Shown piece after piece: positions 27,301 to 35,943 of a DNA stretch of 64,000 nt. The notes beneath the pieces were generated by a model. That model had not been told where the DNA came from. It did no database searches and saw only the letters and a list, made by a program, of their open reading frames with translations. The stretch covers positions 32,001 through 96,000 of the IMG/VR virus record IMGVR_UViG_3300045051_000987; one strand, given 5' to 3'. Source of the stretch: a virus. Position numbers and translations under genes: made by a program. The stretch's first letter is position 1; the number at the start of each line of letters is the position of its first letter.

Positions 27301-29069
27301 GTGGGCACCTCCGCGAGCATCATGCCGCCCATCGGGATCCCGTTCGGCTGAACCCACACCGATCCCGAGTCGAGCGAGAAGCCGCCGAGCTCGGACGCTG
27401 CGAGCGTCACGAGCATCTTCTCCGCGATCGCGCGCGCCGCACCGACGGGCACCGCGTTGCCGATGCGCTCCCGCCAGTCGCTCTGACTCTTGCCGGCGAG
27501 CACGAGCGGCGCGCCCTTCCACATCGTCGGGATCCCTTGGAGCGACGCAAGCTCGAGCGTCGTGAGCGGGCGGTGCCATGTCCCGTCCTTCGCGATGATC
27601 ACGGGGAGGAACGACGGCGCCTTCTTCGGCGTCGCGGCCGCGAGCCTGAGCGCCTCCTCGATGTCGGCGTTGAACGATGGGCCCGTGCGCGGCTCCGCCA
27701 CCGCGTACGCGCCGCACCCAACATGCGCGGTGCCTGCGATCGTGCGCGCGGCCTGCTCCCACCCGAGCACGGCATAGCCGGCGTCATAGGCGTACTTCAC
27801 GCGGACATCGGCCACACGCGGATCACCGACAGCGGGCCCGCCCGATCCGGGCTGCGTCGCCTTGATCACCGTGCGCGCGGGCTCGCTCCACTTCCCGACG
27901 GCGTACTTGTTCCAGTGCCGGCCCTCGCTCGGCGGGAGCTCGAGCGCGCGCGGGTCGGCCACCGCGAAGCGACCGTTCGAGGGGAGGCTCTCGCCGCACA
28001 CCGCGCCGGTCGGTTCCTCCCACGGCGAGACGCCGTAGGCGCCCGCGTGCGGCCCTCGGGGGTCGGCGACAGCGAACGCCCCGGTCGAGACGCCTGCTCG
28101 CCCTGTGACGGTCGGCGCGGGGCCCTCCCATGCCTTCACGCCGAGCACGCCCCCGAACCATTCGATCCGCGGTTCCTGCACGACGCCGATCGCGTTCGCA
28201 CCGGCGCCCGTGATCGTGCCGGTCGGCTCATCCCACGGCGCGACCTCGTGCCGCTTGAAGACCTCGCGCCTCGCCTGACCCTCGGCGAGCACGCCTTCGA
28301 GGTCACGCCAATCGCCGCCGGCCGGGATCATCGCGATGCGGACCCAGTTGAGGAACGAGATCTTCGGGAGCTCGTGGATCTTCCCGAACGCGCGCGCGTC
28401 CTCTGTCGCCGGCACGGGGAGCGACTCGAGCACCTCGCCGCACGCGCGCACCCGCTTCTTCGGGGGCTGGTAGAGCAGGCTCGAGCACCGCGCCTCGAGC
28501 CTCGCGACGAGCAGGTAGCGCCGTCGACGCTGAGCGAGCCCGCCGATCTCACCGCAGTCGTGGAAGCCCTCGTGCAGCCGGTAGCCGACGCCGCGGAGGA
28601 GCTTCTTCACCTGCTCGAGCATCGCCTTCGCGCGCGTCTTGAGGCGCGGCACGTTCTCGAGGAGCACGAGCCTCGGGAGCGAGCCCTTCCACGCCTCGAT
28701 CATCTTGCGCGTCCACGTCAGCGCGAGCGTGTTCATGCGCTGATACTTCTCGGTCTCGGCGAGCTCCTTCGGGAGGAGCCCGCTCGCCCCCTTGCACGGC
28801 GGGCTCATGAAGACGCAGTCGGGACCGATCGCGCCGTACCGCTCGAGGAGCTCGGCGACGGTGATCTCCTCGACGTCGCGGTGCCACGCCGTGCGCGTGT
28901 CGGTGAGGTAGTCGAAGTCGCGACACGCGTCCGGATCGAAGTCGATCCCGCCGATGCACTCGAAGCGGAGCGCGTGCCCGAAGAGGTGCGCGTGCGCATC
29001 GAGGAAGCCGCGAGCTCCCGCGCCGAGACCACCGAAGGGGAAGAGCGCGCGGAAGACGATCTCGCTCAC
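27297..29069 (-). CDS. DNA (cytosine-5)-methyltransferase with repetitive target-recognition region
   Basis: FGGLGAG, SPPCKG, ENVP, QRRRR, canonical motif X IGNAVP; repeated W-x-x-P...AVADPR units. Confidence 0.9.
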   Translation of the reverse strand: MSEIVFRALFPFGGLGAGARGFLDAHAHLFGHALRFECIGGIDFDPDACRDFDYLTDTRTAWHRDVEEITVAELLERYGAIGPDCVFMSPPCKGASGLLPKELAETEKYQRMNTLALTWTRKMIEAWKGSLPRLVLLENVPRLKTRAKAMLEQVKKLLRGVGYRLHEGFHDCGEIGGLAQRRRRYLLVARLEARCSSLLYQPPKKRVRACGEVLESLPVPATEDARAFGKIHELPKISFLNWVRIAMIPAGGDWRDLEGVLAEGQARREVFKRHEVAPWDEPTGTITGAGANAIGVVQEPRIEWFGGVLGVKAWEGPAPTVTGRAGVSTGAFAVADPRGPHAGAYGVSPWEEPTGAVCGESLPSNGRFAVADPRALELPPSEGRHWNKYAVGKWSEPARTVIKATQPGSGGPAVGDPRVADVRVKYAYDAGYAVLGWEQAARTIAGTAHVGCGAYAVAEPRTGPSFNADIEEALRLAAATPKKAPSFLPVIIAKDGTWHRPLTTLELASLQGIPTMWKGAPLVLAGKSQSDWRERIGNAVPVGAARAIAEKMLVTLAASELGGFSLDSGSVWVQPNGIPMGGMMLAEVPT

Positions 29070-29743
29070 GAGAGATCCTCGAGCGCGTGCGCGAGATCGT
29101 GCACCGACATCCGAGGCATGCGCCGATCGTAGTGCGTCGCGTTGTTCGGCGCGCCCTCGTACGCGCGCCCATCACACTCGGCCTTCACGCTCGCCGCCGC
29201 GCGTCGACGCACCTCGAGCGCGACCTCGTTCGGCACCGACCAGATCCCGAGCATCCCGCGACAGAGGATCGGCTCGATCGGGATCGCGTCGACGAGGAGC
29301 CACCCCACGGGGCCGAGCCACCACCGCGCGCGCTCGAGGTCGACGAGCTCACGCCATCGCGGATCGACAGCGGCGAGGTGCCGCCCATCGACACCGAGGA
29401 CGCGGAGATACGGCCCGCGCTTGTCGAGCGCGCCCTTCACGCGCGCGATGCCGATGATCCGCCCGTACGGGAGCGCGTCCTTCTCGGGTACGCGCGTGCC
29501 CGACGGGAACGCCATGTGTGATCCGGCGTGCTCGATGCTGTCGGTCCCCTCTGCGATGCGCTTCGGCGATGCGTCGTAGACGAGGCCGGCGTGCACCGCG
29601 ACGAACGGCCGGCGCCCGGTCTCCGGATCGAGCTTGAGGATCTCGGCGCTCGGCGTGAGGCGCCCACGGTTCTCGACGTTCTTCGGATCGCGCGGGTCGA
29701 AAATCTGAGAGGCCCACGGCTGGTGCAGCGTGATCGCTCGCAC
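29066..29743 (-). CDS. ASCH/PUA-like domain protein
   Basis: RAITLHQPWA...KNVENR...AVHAG...PYGRIIG...RGMLGIW. Confidence 0.85.
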   Translation of the reverse strand: MRAITLHQPWASQIFDPRDPKNVENRGRLTPSAEILKLDPETGRRPFVAVHAGLVYDASPKRIAEGTDSIEHAGSHMAFPSGTRVPEKDALPYGRIIGIARVKGALDKRGPYLRVLGVDGRHLAAVDPRWRELVDLERARWWLGPVGWLLVDAIPIEPILCRGMLGIWSVPNEVALEVRRRAAASVKAECDGRAYEGAPNNATHYDRRMPRMSVHDLAHALEDLS

Positions 29744-29745
29744 CC

Positions 29746-30012
29746 TCAGCCCCCGTTGCCCGGCGTGCGGTAGTCCGCGCGCTCGTCGAGCTCCACGTGG
29801 AAGGACGACCCGAGCATGATGCGCGCGGGATCGCTGAGCGCCTTGGCGAGACGATCGAGCCGCTCCTTCGTCGGAGGGAAGACGACGACCGTGCTCTCGC
29901 GCGGCCGCACGATGACCTTGAGCACGAAGCCGAACGGTTCGACCCCCACGACGTCGAGCCCGTGCAGCTCAGCCTCGGCTTCGACGTCGGTGCGCGTGAT
30001 GATGTAGCTCAT
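29746..30012 (-). CDS. Small protein resembling an isolated baseplate J-like domain
   Basis: ITRTDVEAEA...VLKVIVRP...PPTKERLDRLAKAL...IMLGSSFHV; ATGA overlap. Confidence 0.45.
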   Translation of the reverse strand: MSYIITRTDVEAEAELHGLDVVGVEPFGFVLKVIVRPRESTVVVFPPTKERLDRLAKALSDPARIMLGSSFHVELDERADYRTPGNGG

Positions 30013-30338
30013 CGCTCGCGCTCCACCGGGGGCTTCGCGTGATGCGCGTGCGCGGGGCAGAAGCACACGGGGAGCTCGCGCACCTCGGGACCAGGACCGT
30101 TCGGCATGACGATCAGCGGCGAGACCTTGAACGTCACGAGCCCGATGATCCACTCCGCGGGGAGGCTCGAGAGCAGCTCTTCGGAGTCGAGCACGAACAC
30201 GCCGCTCCGATCGGGCACGAGGAGCGGGAGCGCGTCGACCTCGTGCGACGCGAGGCATCCGGGCGCCGAGCATCGCGCCGTCGTCTTGACCGAGATCGCG
30301 AGCCGGATCGGTTCGGGGAACTTCTGCGGGGTAGGCAT
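30009..30338 (-). CDS. Hypothetical Zn-binding protein
   Basis: Leaderless start MPTPQK; CSAPGC...FCPAH. Confidence 0.55.
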   Translation of the reverse strand: MPTPQKFPEPIRLAISVKTTARCSAPGCLASHEVDALPLLVPDRSGVFVLDSEELLSSLPAEWIIGLVTFKVSPLIVMPNGPGPEVRELPVCFCPAHAHHAKPPVERER

Positions 30339-30358
30339 GGCCCCATCATGCCGCCCGA

Positions 30359-31156
30359 TCACTGCGCGTCGGCGATCACGTCGTCTTCGTCGTCGCGGAG
30401 CGTCTCGCCCTCGCCGGGCATCTGTTCACCCGGGTGAACACGCGTCGCCTTCCGCTCTTCGAGGTAGCTCAGCACGCGCGAGAGGCGCGGTTCAGCGAAC
30501 CCGAGCGGGCGCAACGATCCATCGCCGAGCACGGTGTCTCGCCCCTCGAAAAGAGCGGCCACGCCCGCCGTCGCAGCGCCGCACACCGGATCGCAGACGA
30601 CGTCGCCGGGGCGCGAGTAGTCCTCGACGATCTGCCGCATCGCCCAGAGCGGCTTACCGCCCGTCATGAGGAGCTTCTCGCGCGGGCCCATGTACGCGCC
30701 GCGTCCGATGGTCCCCCAGCTCGAGAGCTCGGCGGGGCGCGCGACGAGGATGAAGTAGCTCCACGGGCTCGGGCCGTCGCCTCGAAGGCGCACGCGCGAG
30801 CCGGTCACCACGAGAGGGATCGGAGGGAAGCCGGCGTAGTACCCTGCGCGCTCGGCCGCGCGTTGCCATGCGGGCCAGAGCACGTGATCGGTGATCGAGA
30901 CGAGCCACCCTCGATGCACCTCACGCCACGTGTCGACGAAGACGTGCACGTCTTCCGGCGTCCAGAACGCGTAGGGGATCGACGAGCGCCCGCCGGGCCG
31001 CGTGCTGTCGTGCCCGGTGTGCGTGCGCTCGGAGTAGGGCGTGTCGGCCGTGATGAGGTTCACCACCTCACGGCGCGCGCGCAGCTCGCGAGCGAGGTCG
31101 GTGGCGTCAGCGTGGAAGAGCGAAACGCGCCGGTGCTCGAGGAGGGAGATCGTCAC
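30359..31156 (-). CDS. Divergent DNA amino-methyltransferase
   Basis: ADTPYS (DPPY-like), GGKPLWAM, VVCDPVCGAATAG. Confidence 0.75.
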   Translation of the reverse strand: MTISLLEHRRVSLFHADATDLARELRARREVVNLITADTPYSERTHTGHDSTRPGGRSSIPYAFWTPEDVHVFVDTWREVHRGWLVSITDHVLWPAWQRAAERAGYYAGFPPIPLVVTGSRVRLRGDGPSPWSYFILVARPAELSSWGTIGRGAYMGPREKLLMTGGKPLWAMRQIVEDYSRPGDVVCDPVCGAATAGVAALFEGRDTVLGDGSLRPLGFAEPRLSRVLSYLEERKATRVHPGEQMPGEGETLRDDEDDVIADAQ

Positions 31157-31417
31157 CGCGGCATCATGCCGCCGGACGCTTCCGCCGTCCCGGGATCCGA
31201 TCGAAGCGTCGAAGGCCGAGCACCACGATCGGCGAGCCATCCGGCCACGTCGTCGGCTCCTCGCCCTTCGCGTGCGCGACGCCGATCGGGCACCTCTTGC
31301 ACGTCGGATCCTCGCCGGCCTTGTGGCGTTTGCCGCACGAGCTCCGAGGGAGCCGCGTGTGGATCCGCTCGCACTTGAAGACCGGGAGCCGCGCGGACGA
31401 CGAGAGCGGGAGCGTCT

Positions 31418-31699
31418 TCATGGGGATCCCTCCGAGCTGCGGGGTGCCTCGAGCCGGGCGCCCTCGATGCGCGCCCACTCCTTGAGCCACGCACAGAAGT
31501 CGCGGTGATCCTGCTCCTCGAGCACGTGCGAGTCGCGGTAGCTCTTGAGCTCGCGCCACTGACCCCACCGTCTCGACATCCACGTGATGAAGCCGGCCAT
31601 CTTCCCGCCCGGCCACGTCTCGCGATCGGCGTCGAGCATCGCCTCGGTATCGACCCCGTGCCCGTGCGCGCGCGTGTAGGCGACGAAGTACGGGTTCAC
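31418..31699 (-). CDS. Hypothetical phage protein
   Basis: NPYFVAYTRAHG...WPGGKMAGFITW; GTGA overlap. Confidence 0.55.
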   Translation of the reverse strand: MNPYFVAYTRAHGHGVDTEAMLDADRETWPGGKMAGFITWMSRRWGQWRELKSYRDSHVLEEQDHRDFCAWLKEWARIEGARLEAPRSSEGSP

Positions 31700-31894
31700 G
31701 CCGCACCCACGCACGCCGCGCAGACGGTCGCCCCACGCGCGCGCACGAAGTAGCGGTGATGCGGGGTCGTGCACCGCACGTGCGCGTCGTACCAAGCGCG
31801 GCGCGCGTCGTGGTCGGTGGGCTCGGCCGGGATCAGGCCCTCAGCGATCCGCGCTGCGATGTCTGCCTCGATCGCACGCGCGAGCTCGACGACC

Positions 31895-32389
31895 TCAGAG
31901 GTCGAGATCGGGGAGGTCTTCGACGTCTCCGATGACGTCGTCCGGTGCGAGCTCGGCGTTGGGATCACCGTCGAGAACGTCGTCTGTGTCGTCGGCTTCT
32001 TCGTCCGGGTCTTCATCGGGGGGCGCTTCTCCAGCGCCATCATGCCGCGCGCCCTCGTCGTCCTCGTCGCCGTCGTCGAAGTCGGGCAGCGGTTGGCCCC
32101 TGAGCTTCGCGAACGCGATCGTCTCGATCTGCCGCACGCGCTCACGCGATACGCCGATCGCCTGAGCGATCATGTCGAGCGTCGCCCCGTCGGGGAACGT
32201 CGCGACGAAGAGCTGACACGCGATGTCGTCCTCGTACCGAGTGACCTTGTCCACGATCGGGAGCTGCGCGCGGAGGTCGCGTCGAAGGAAGCGATGCCGC
32301 TCGCACGTGGTGACGAGCGACCGCGCGGCTCGCACGATCGGAACACCGCACACGCGGCACTTCGGCTCGGTGCGTGCCGTCTCGGTCAT
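31895..32389 (-). CDS. Sigma-70 region 4 domain protein with acidic tail
   Basis: ATLDMIAQAIGVSRERVRQIETIAFAKLR. Confidence 0.8.
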   Translation of the reverse strand: MTETARTEPKCRVCGVPIVRAARSLVTTCERHRFLRRDLRAQLPIVDKVTRYEDDIACQLFVATFPDGATLDMIAQAIGVSRERVRQIETIAFAKLRGQPLPDFDDGDEDDEGARHDGAGEAPPDEDPDEEADDTDDVLDGDPNAELAPDDVIGDVEDLPDLDL

Positions 32390-32687
32390 GCCTTCACGCC
32401 GCGGAGCACGACCGCGATCCTACCGCGGGCGTCACGCCGTGCACGCTGTACGTCGACGGCGCTGAGCGACTCCTCGATCGCCGCGAAGTAGGCCGCCTGC
32501 TCCGCGGGCGGGACGGTCGACCAGTGCTCCGCGCAGCACGGGGCGCGTGCTGAGGGCTCCGCCGAGCACCCGAACGCCGCGCACGTCTCGAGCTCGGTGA
32601 TGGGCACCACGGCGCCCGAGCGCTCCGCGATCGGCATCGGCCGCAACGGCGCGAGCTCGCAGCGCGGGCGGAATGGAACGATGCGCC

Positions 32688-33137
32688 TCACGCGAACACA
32701 CCGGGGGGCGGGAGGGTCTCGCGCGCGCGGATCGCATCGCTCGAGCGCTTCGACGCTGCGACGATCCACTCGAAGACGTCCTCGTCTCGCTCGATCTCGA
32801 GGAGCAGCGACCCGAAGTGAAAGACGCCCATGTGCGGGCCCGAGCACACGATCGGGCGCCCCGTCGCGTAGGCGATCCCGACCTCGAAGCCTCCGCCGGT
32901 CGAGCCCTTCTTCGGCGTGAGGAACCAGATCAGGTCGGCCGAGAGCACCGCGGCGATCTCGGCCTGCGCGATCGCGGGGCTGCGATGGTCGGCCGCGTCG
33001 GTGGGCGAGCACCCCGCGGAAAGCACGGCGGGCGTCCAGTCGTAGGTGACGAGGACGCCCGCGGCGCGGAGCGCCTCGATCCATCGAGACGCGCGATCAG
33101 CTTCGGTTGATCCCGAGGCGACGTAGACCTTGAGCAC
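32688..33137 (-). CDS. Nucleoside 2-deoxyribosyltransferase-like protein
   Basis: KVYVAS...TYDW...AVLSADLIWFL...STGGGFEVGIAYATGRPI. Confidence 0.75.
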   Translation of the reverse strand: MLKVYVASGSTEADRASRWIEALRAAGVLVTYDWTPAVLSAGCSPTDAADHRSPAIAQAEIAAVLSADLIWFLTPKKGSTGGGFEVGIAYATGRPIVCSGPHMGVFHFGSLLLEIERDEDVFEWIVAASKRSSDAIRARETLPPPGVFA

Positions 33138-33177
33138 GGCGGCATCATGCCGCGACGCCTCGGGCGGTGTCACTCGG

Positions 33178-33615
33178 TCAGAGCGCGGCCTCGAGCTCCG
33201 AGAGCGCGGCGAGCGCCCCGAGATCGGCACGACCGATCCGCTTCAACGTGACCTCGCGCATCCACGTCGCGACGGGGACCTTCTTGCAGTGCTTCGCGAT
33301 CGCGGCGCCCTGCTTCGTCGTGCTCTTCACCGAGAAGTTGCTCGCGCCCGCGAGCGTGATCGCGCGCTTGCCGGTGCCCTTCATGGCGTCGACGCCGAGG
33401 CCGAGCCCACCACCGATCGCCTCGAGCGAGGCTTCGCGCACGAGGGACGGGGGCGAGATCTTGTGCTTGCGGCAGTAGTCGCCGATCGCGATGCCCTGCT
33501 CGTCGTTCACTCGGATCGTCACCGAGTGATCGAGCGTCCCACCCTTGTAGAGCTGCGGGCGCCCCGCGCCCTCGCGCCGTCCGCCCTTCGTGCTCGCCTT
33601 CTTCTTCGTCGCCAT
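33178..33615 (-). CDS. Tandem ribbon-helix-helix DNA-binding protein
   Basis: GGRREGAGRP leader, SVTIRVN...SLVREA and FSVKST...TWMRE repeats. Confidence 0.65.
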   Translation of the reverse strand: MATKKKASTKGGRREGAGRPQLYKGGTLDHSVTIRVNDEQGIAIGDYCRKHKISPPSLVREASLEAIGGGLGLGVDAMKGTGKRAITLAGASNFSVKSTTKQGAAIAKHCKKVPVATWMREVTLKRIGRADLGALAALSELEAAL

Positions 33616-33631
33616 GGTCTCGGTTCCTTCC

Positions 33632-34165
33632 TCAGTCGGCGAGCGAGGAGCGACAGAGCTCCGCGGCCACCGCGTACATGGGGTGTGCGCCCTGCGCGAT
33701 CACGAGCTCCTCGACGCCGACGGTGCTCACCACCTCGACCGACCAGAACCCGCGCGCGCGCCTCGAGCGGAGCGATCGACCGTCAGAGCGGTCGACCATC
33801 GCGACGAGCCGATCGAGGCTGTCGGGCGTCACGAAGTGACCGGCGTGCGAGCGCTGCCAGATAGCTTGGAGCTCGATGAAGAGATCGTCGGAGGGACCGA
33901 AGGCCGGGAGCTTCTCCGCGGCCAGCACGCCCTTGCACTCGCCTCGCTCACGCGAGCGCGCCTCGTGCCGGTAGACGTGCAAGAGCGCCTTCCGAATGCG
34001 GTCACCGTCGGGGCTGTCTTCACCACCGGGGCCCTCGATGAAGATCGGGGCGAGCGCGTTGTTCACGAGATGCGACGCGAGGCAGACGCCGAAGAGGGGC
34101 ATCGCTGCGACGATCATGGCCTCGGTCGCGAGGTGCGCGCGTCGGCGCCAGAGGGGAGAGCTCAT
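33632..34165 (-). CDS. Hypothetical protein
   Basis: Start MSSPLW after hairpin variant GGGGCTTGCCCC-AGGAAGG. Confidence 0.5.
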   Translation of the reverse strand: MSSPLWRRRAHLATEAMIVAAMPLFGVCLASHLVNNALAPIFIEGPGGEDSPDGDRIRKALLHVYRHEARSRERGECKGVLAAEKLPAFGPSDDLFIELQAIWQRSHAGHFVTPDSLDRLVAMVDRSDGRSLRSRRARGFWSVEVVSTVGVEELVIAQGAHPMYAVAAELCRSSLAD

Positions 34166-34217
34166 CGATTCCAACCTTCCTGGGGCAAGCCCCGAGGCCC
34201 CCGCGGGGGCCGAGAGA

Positions 34218-34544
34218 TCACGCGGCGCGGGAGCCGTTGAGCGACTCGCACGCCGCAACCGTGAGCTCGAACGAGCTGACGTAGCAGCCGTCGAAGTGCT
34301 CGGGCATGCGGGTGATGTCGACCACCGGGCACGCGGCCTTCACCGAGACGAGGAACGCGACCGCCGTGAGGCGCTCGTCGCGCGTCGCGCCGTGGCGCAC
34401 GCGGACGTTGATCAGGCCGCGCGCGCAGCCCTTGCCGGCCACAATCGAGAGGTAGCCGAGGCCGAGGTTCTTCGCGAGCTGGCGGAGCTGCGCGACGTTC
34501 TCCGAGCGGGGCATCTCGAGGCCGGTCATCGTGTTCGTCATCAT
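34218..34544 (-). CDS. Hypothetical early protein (leaderless)
   Basis: ATG 7 nt after TATACC of promoter D. Confidence 0.65.
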   Translation of the reverse strand: MMTNTMTGLEMPRSENVAQLRQLAKNLGLGYLSIVAGKGCARGLINVRVRHGATRDERLTAVAFLVSVKAACPVVDITRMPEHFDGCYVSSFELTVAACESLNGSRAA

Positions 34545-34590
34545 GGATTTAGGTATACAGCCGACATCCGAAAGGCGCCAGAGAAAAAAG
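34545..34590 (-). promoter_or_regulatory. Early promoter D (no hairpin or SD; leaderless)
   Basis: TGGCGC-N17-TATACCTAAATCC-ATG. Confidence 0.85.
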
Positions 34591-34609
34591 ACAGTCGTCG
34601 AATCTTTTT

Positions 34610-35422
34610 TCAGGACGCGTCGATCCGGGCTGTCTCGACCGCCTTGCGCGTGTGCTTCGTGAGCCCGCGGGCCCAGACCGTCTTGCGCCCCGTCGGCGCC
34701 TTGTCCTCGCGCGGGCGAGCTGCGCGGTTCCAACTACCGCCCTTGCCACGGCGCACGCACACGAAGCCCGACGCGCGCAGGCTGACGCCGCTCTCTTCGT
34801 CGAGGATGGACGTGATCAGCTTGTCGTATCCGAGCTCGAGTGCGCGCGACCCGCACGCCGCGTAGAGCTTGCTCGACGCGTTGCGCCTGAGCGCGGGATG
34901 CCCCCACGTCGCGACGCGGAGCACCTCGAGCGTGCACGGCTCGGCCTTCTGCACGAGGCGCGACACAGGACGACCGACCATCGCCACGCCGACGCGCACG
35001 CCGCCGTTGTAGATGGCGATCGAGAACTTGTGACCTTGCGGCTTGCTGTGGTGCCGGTGATGGCGATCGACCTCCGCGCACACCTCGGAGAACCACCCAT
35101 CGTGCGACGCGCACTGCTGGTGCCCCGTCTTGCGCGTGGGGTCGTAGATCTCTAGGCGCGCGACGATCGTCCCGTCCCCGTCCTCGATGATCTCCATGAC
35201 CTCGAGACTCGGATCGATGAGCTGCACGACGTCGGCGAGCTCGATCCCGTACGCCGCCGCGAAGCCATCGAGCGCGACGGCCTCTCGCTGCTCCTCGCAG
35301 CACGGCGCCCACGTCAGGAAGCGCGAGCCCGTGCAGGTGAGCACATCGCACCCGTAGAGGCTCGCAGCGTCGCCGAAGAGCCACGAGGTGCCGCAGTGCA
35401 CGCACGAGGGATCGTCGTTCAC
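34610..35422 (-). CDS. XF1762-family GNAT/Mom-like protein
   Basis: HHRHH...GHKFSIA...GVAMVGRPVSR...TLEVLRVAT...NASSKLYAAC...GYDKLIT...ESGVSLRASGF. Confidence 0.75.
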   Translation of the reverse strand: MNDDPSCVHCGTSWLFGDAASLYGCDVLTCTGSRFLTWAPCCEEQREAVALDGFAAAYGIELADVVQLIDPSLEVMEIIEDGDGTIVARLEIYDPTRKTGHQQCASHDGWFSEVCAEVDRHHRHHSKPQGHKFSIAIYNGGVRVGVAMVGRPVSRLVQKAEPCTLEVLRVATWGHPALRRNASSKLYAACGSRALELGYDKLITSILDEESGVSLRASGFVCVRRGKGGSWNRAARPREDKAPTGRKTVWARGLTKHTRKAVETARIDAS

Positions 35423-35631
35423 GACGCGACCCCGATCGCCTCGCGACCCTTCGCCGTGATCGCGAACGTGCCCGCGGGCGTCCGCTCGAGGAGCCCGGTC
35501 GCAAGGCACCGGCGGAGGTGCTCGACGTCGACCGCCTCGACGCGCGCCGGGATCTCCTTCGTCCCGTTCTCCGTCTTCTGGCGGAGCACGAATAGGTTCG
35601 TGCTCGTGGGCGTGCCCTTCGGCTTCCTCAC
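35419..35631 (-). CDS. Small winged-helix-like protein
   Basis: LRRCLATGLLE...FAITAKGREA. Confidence 0.55.
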   Translation of the reverse strand: MRKPKGTPTSTNLFVLRQKTENGTKEIPARVEAVDVEHLRRCLATGLLERTPAGTFAITAKGREAIGVAS

Positions 35632-35816
35632 GACGCCACCTTCGCAAGCTCAGCCTCGACGATCGCGCGGAGCTCCGCGGTGCTGACGCGCGACGCGCGG
35701 ACGTCGAAGACCTCGCCCTTCTCGCTCTGCGCGGTGCCGCACGAGATGCCGTCCTCGTCATAGACCGCGTGGAAGAAGCTCTTGCGACCCGTCTTGCTCG
35801 TCTCGACCGTGAACAT
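35628..35816 (-). CDS. Hypothetical early protein
   Basis: Start MFTVET after promoter cassette E. Confidence 0.65.
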   Translation of the reverse strand: MFTVETSKTGRKSFFHAVYDEDGISCGTAQSEKGEVFDVRASRVSTAELRAIVEAELAKVAS

Positions 35817-35826
35817 CGTCTCTTCT

Positions 35827-35900
35827 CTCCTTGGGGCGAGCCCCGCGAACCGTCTGATTGATTTAGGTATACACGAGCCCTCCGAAACCCGCCAGGGGAA
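35827..35900 (-). promoter_or_regulatory. Early promoter cassette E (loop CTCG)
   Basis: TGGCGG-N17-TATACCTAAATCAATC, hairpin plus AAGGAG. Confidence 0.8.
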
Positions 35901-35943
35901 ATCGACGAGGCCCGGACGATTTCTCGCCGGGCCCTTCCTCACC

